From the NCBI GenBank assembly GCA_041665845.1, contig JBAYIC010000008.1:1335-65334 (forward strand): a stretch of DNA of 64,000 nt. Reading direction: 5' to 3'. The DNA is from Patescibacteria group bacterium (GTDB lineage Bacteria > Patescibacteriota > Patescibacteriia > Patescibacteriales > UBA12465). How positions within the stretch are numbered: position 1 is the stretch's first letter; the number at the start of each line of letters is the position of its first letter. The position numbers and the translations under genes are program-made. The notes beneath the pieces are model-generated. The model did no database searches, was not told the DNA's origin, and saw only the letters and a program-made list of their open reading frames with translations. Positions 62,197 to 64,000 of the stretch are shown in pieces.

Positions 62197-63264
62197 ATGA
62201 CGACGCTCACAAAAAAACAAAAATTTTGGTATCTTATATTTGCGCTTACACTTGTCACTATACCTGGGCTAGTTAAGGCGCAGACGTATTCCAATTACGA
62301 TTGGCATGATAATACTCCGATTATTACGCCTTCCGGATCACCAGAAATTATTTTCCCCGTTCAAGGAGGGGCGGTTTTTATCGATGATTTCGGTGATGGA
62401 CGCAGTGGCGGACGTCTTCATGAAGGTAATGATTTAATGGCCCCTAAAATGACGCCGATTCTTGCAGCGCGCGGAGGAACAGTAACCTTCGCTCCAATAA
62501 CCGAACCTAGTTACGGTTATGTCCTTAACATTTCTGGTGATGATGGTTATAAATATAATTATCTCCATATTAATAATGACACTCCGGGAACAGATGATGG
62601 TCAAGGCAATGCCCAATATGCTTACGCGCCCGGTATCAGTCGAGGCGTTAAAGTTGTTCAGGGCCAACATATCGCTTGGGTCGGTGATTCCGGTAATGCT
62701 GAATCAACTGGCTCACATCTTCATTTTGAAATTCGCCTACCAGATGATACGGCCATTAGTCCTTATGAATATTTGCAGACCGCCCTAAAAATATATGCCT
62801 ATAATATTGCGGCTGTAGAAGCTGCTAGTCCAACGATTAATTTTGATAAGGGATTAACAATTACCGACGGCGTACCTGTTTATTGTGAAGCTGGTTCACT
62901 AATTCGCATTCCGACGACTTCCTCTGTTTATTATTGTGGCGCCGATGGTAAACGTTATGTCTTCCCTAACTCTAGCACTTACGCTACTTGGTATTCCGAT
63001 TTCTCGAGTGTTAAAACTATCAGCCTCGAAGAGATGAGTAAAATTATGCTCGGCGGAAATGTTACTTATAAACCTGGAGTTAAGCTCGTAAAAATTCAGA
63101 CCGATCCTCATGTTTATGCTGTTGATTTAAACGGTACGCTACGCCTGATACTTACCCCGGCAATCGCTGAAAAATATTATGGAAAAGATTGGAATAAGCG
63201 GGTGGAAGATATTCCCGATACTTTTTTTATAAACTATAAAATTGGCGAAGCGGTGAATAATTAA
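62197..63264 (+). CDS. M23-family metallopeptidase with a C-terminal unknown domain
   Basis: 355 aa with a signal peptide. HEGNDL and GSHLHFEI zinc-ligand motifs. Confidence 0.88.
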   Translation: MTTLTKKQKFWYLIFALTLVTIPGLVKAQTYSNYDWHDNTPIITPSGSPEIIFPVQGGAVFIDDFGDGRSGGRLHEGNDLMAPKMTPILAARGGTVTFAPITEPSYGYVLNISGDDGYKYNYLHINNDTPGTDDGQGNAQYAYAPGISRGVKVVQGQHIAWVGDSGNAESTGSHLHFEIRLPDDTAISPYEYLQTALKIYAYNIAAVEAASPTINFDKGLTITDGVPVYCEAGSLIRIPTTSSVYYCGADGKRYVFPNSSTYATWYSDFSSVKTISLEEMSKIMLGGNVTYKPGVKLVKIQTDPHVYAVDLNGTLRLILTPAIAEKYYGKDWNKRVEDIPDTFFINYKIGEAVNN

Positions 63265-63313
63265 TTTAATTTGGTAAATTAAAAAGCCGCTTTTTGAATA
63301 TAAACGGTTTAAA

Positions 63314-63342
63314 TTGACAAAAAAGCAAAAAAATAATAATAT
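63314..63342 (+). promoter_or_regulatory. sigma-70 promoter for the PNP gene
   Basis: TTGACA (63314-63319), 17-nt spacer, TAATAT (63337-63342). Confidence 0.55.
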
Positions 63343-63392
63343 TCTGAGAAAACAAAAAAGCACATTTACAATAAACTTTTAAAAAACTCGAA

Positions 63393-64000
63393 ATGGAAGA
63401 TTTAAAATTAAGAGCAGCAAATTATGCTGCTGCTATTATTAAGAAAATGTTTAATCTACAACCTGAACCGATTGGCATTATTTTAGGAACTGGCTGGGGT
63501 GAGGTATTAACCATGGAAAGCCAAAAAGAGGTTTCTCTGAGAGAGATTCCAGCTTTTGAACATAGTTTGCCAGAACTCGAAGGCCATAAAAGAACAATCA
63601 CCGTCGGTGATATTGCCGGTAAACAAGTCATCGCTCTTAACGGACGCCTACATCTTAATGAAGTTCCGTTCAGTGAAGACTGGCTAAAATTGGTTCGTTT
63701 GCAAACCGAAATGCTTATTGCGGCCGGAGTGAAACAACTAATCGTTACTAACGCGGTCGGTTGCTTAAAATGCTTCCCGGAAAGATTTGCACAGTTGGCG
63801 GAAGCATTCTTAAAAACTGGTAGCACGGATCCTTTTCCTGATCCTGAACTTCAAATCGGTGATGTCGCTGTAATTGATGGCTTTGTGAGCGTCTTTGCGC
63901 CGGTAATGCCATTATGGGGCGGTGAGTTTTGTTCTGCTGATGATGCTCTTAGTGAAAGGTTGATAAATATCGCCATGAAATCTCAGGGCGATTTACTGAT
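63393..64000 (+). CDS. purine nucleoside phosphorylase family protein (PNP/MTAP-type), 3' end outside the window
   Basis: ATG 63393. The frame stays open to the window end: MEDLKLRAANYAAAIIKKMFNLQPEPIGIILGTGWGEV...LEGHKRTITVGDIAGKQVIALNGRLHLNE...LIVTNAVG. Not in the ORF track because it has no stop. Confidence 0.8.
   Translation, partial: MEDLKLRAANYAAAIIKKMFNLQPEPIGIILGTGWGEVLTMESQKEVSLREIPAFEHSLPELEGHKRTITVGDIAGKQVIALNGRLHLNEVPFSEDWLKLVRLQTEMLIAAGVKQLIVTNAVGCLKCFPERFAQLAEAFLKTGSTDPFPDPELQIGDVAVIDGFVSVFAPVMPLWGGEFCSADDALSERLINIAMKSQGDLL

Noticed and set aside
63422-63826. 134-aa minus-strand ORF
   Set aside because: It is antisense to the PNP-family gene starting at 63393, which has clear family motifs (GTGWG, GHKRT, NGRLH).
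1-64000. Alternative genetic code (UGA recoding), as seen in some CPR lineages
   Set aside because: TGA terminates well-supported genes (for example 22402..23451 ends ...CACTGA), and long ORFs are intact under code 11.

Overview
AT-rich bacterial chromosome segment. Hand counts of single 100-nt samples gave 27-39% GC in core genes. The standard genetic code applies, since TGA is used as a stop. Gene content and style suggest a small-genome Patescibacteria/CPR-like organism: dnaE, parAB, mnmA, rnpB, class I aldolase, malic enzyme, PNP, many very large secreted or repeat proteins, an O-antigen-ligase/TPR fusion and weak Shine-Dalgarno sites. This placement is inference only. Main blocks: (1) 0.3-10.6 kb housekeeping genes, with tRNA-Leu(CAA) and an odd tRNA-like element. 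(2) 10.6-21.8 kb envelope-glycan cluster (2 GT4, a polyprenyl-phosphate sugar transferase, an LTD/LamG giant protein, an O-antigen-ligase-TPR protein) interrupted by RNase P RNA. (3) 22.3-24.6 kb tandem pair of paralogous unknown membrane proteins. (4) 24.6-30 kb metabolism and RNA genes (malic enzyme, 2 Nudix, DEAD-box helicase). (5) 30-35.4 kb two secreted proteins, including a 1379-aa S-layer-like protein built from Ig-like repeats. (6) 35.9-38.8 kb CorA operon. (7) 38.9-42.5 kb island of unknown-function (ORFan) genes. (8) 42.5-49.6 kb eight-gene MacAB-like efflux operon that also encodes MarR, a methyltransferase, TspO and an HD hydrolase. (9) 50.7-55.4 kb sensor cluster in the order SBP, RR, SBP, HK, RR (SBP = periplasmic solute-binding protein, RR = response regulator, HK = histidine kinase). 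(10) 55.4-63.3 kb mixture of secreted proteins and further ORFan units. (11) a partial PNP gene at the end. No CRISPR array, transposase, integrase, reverse transcriptase or recognisable defence gene was seen. Most notable are about nine self-contained ORFan transcription units, each with a very similar consensus extended -10 promoter and its own strand-specific terminator, and with slightly higher GC (43-44% in three hand-counted samples). Also notable are the tandem paralog pair, the tRNA-like element with a downstream inverted copy of its core, and a terminator-containing leader or sRNA at 40.1-40.3 kb. All functional calls come from motif recognition by eye. No database search was run.
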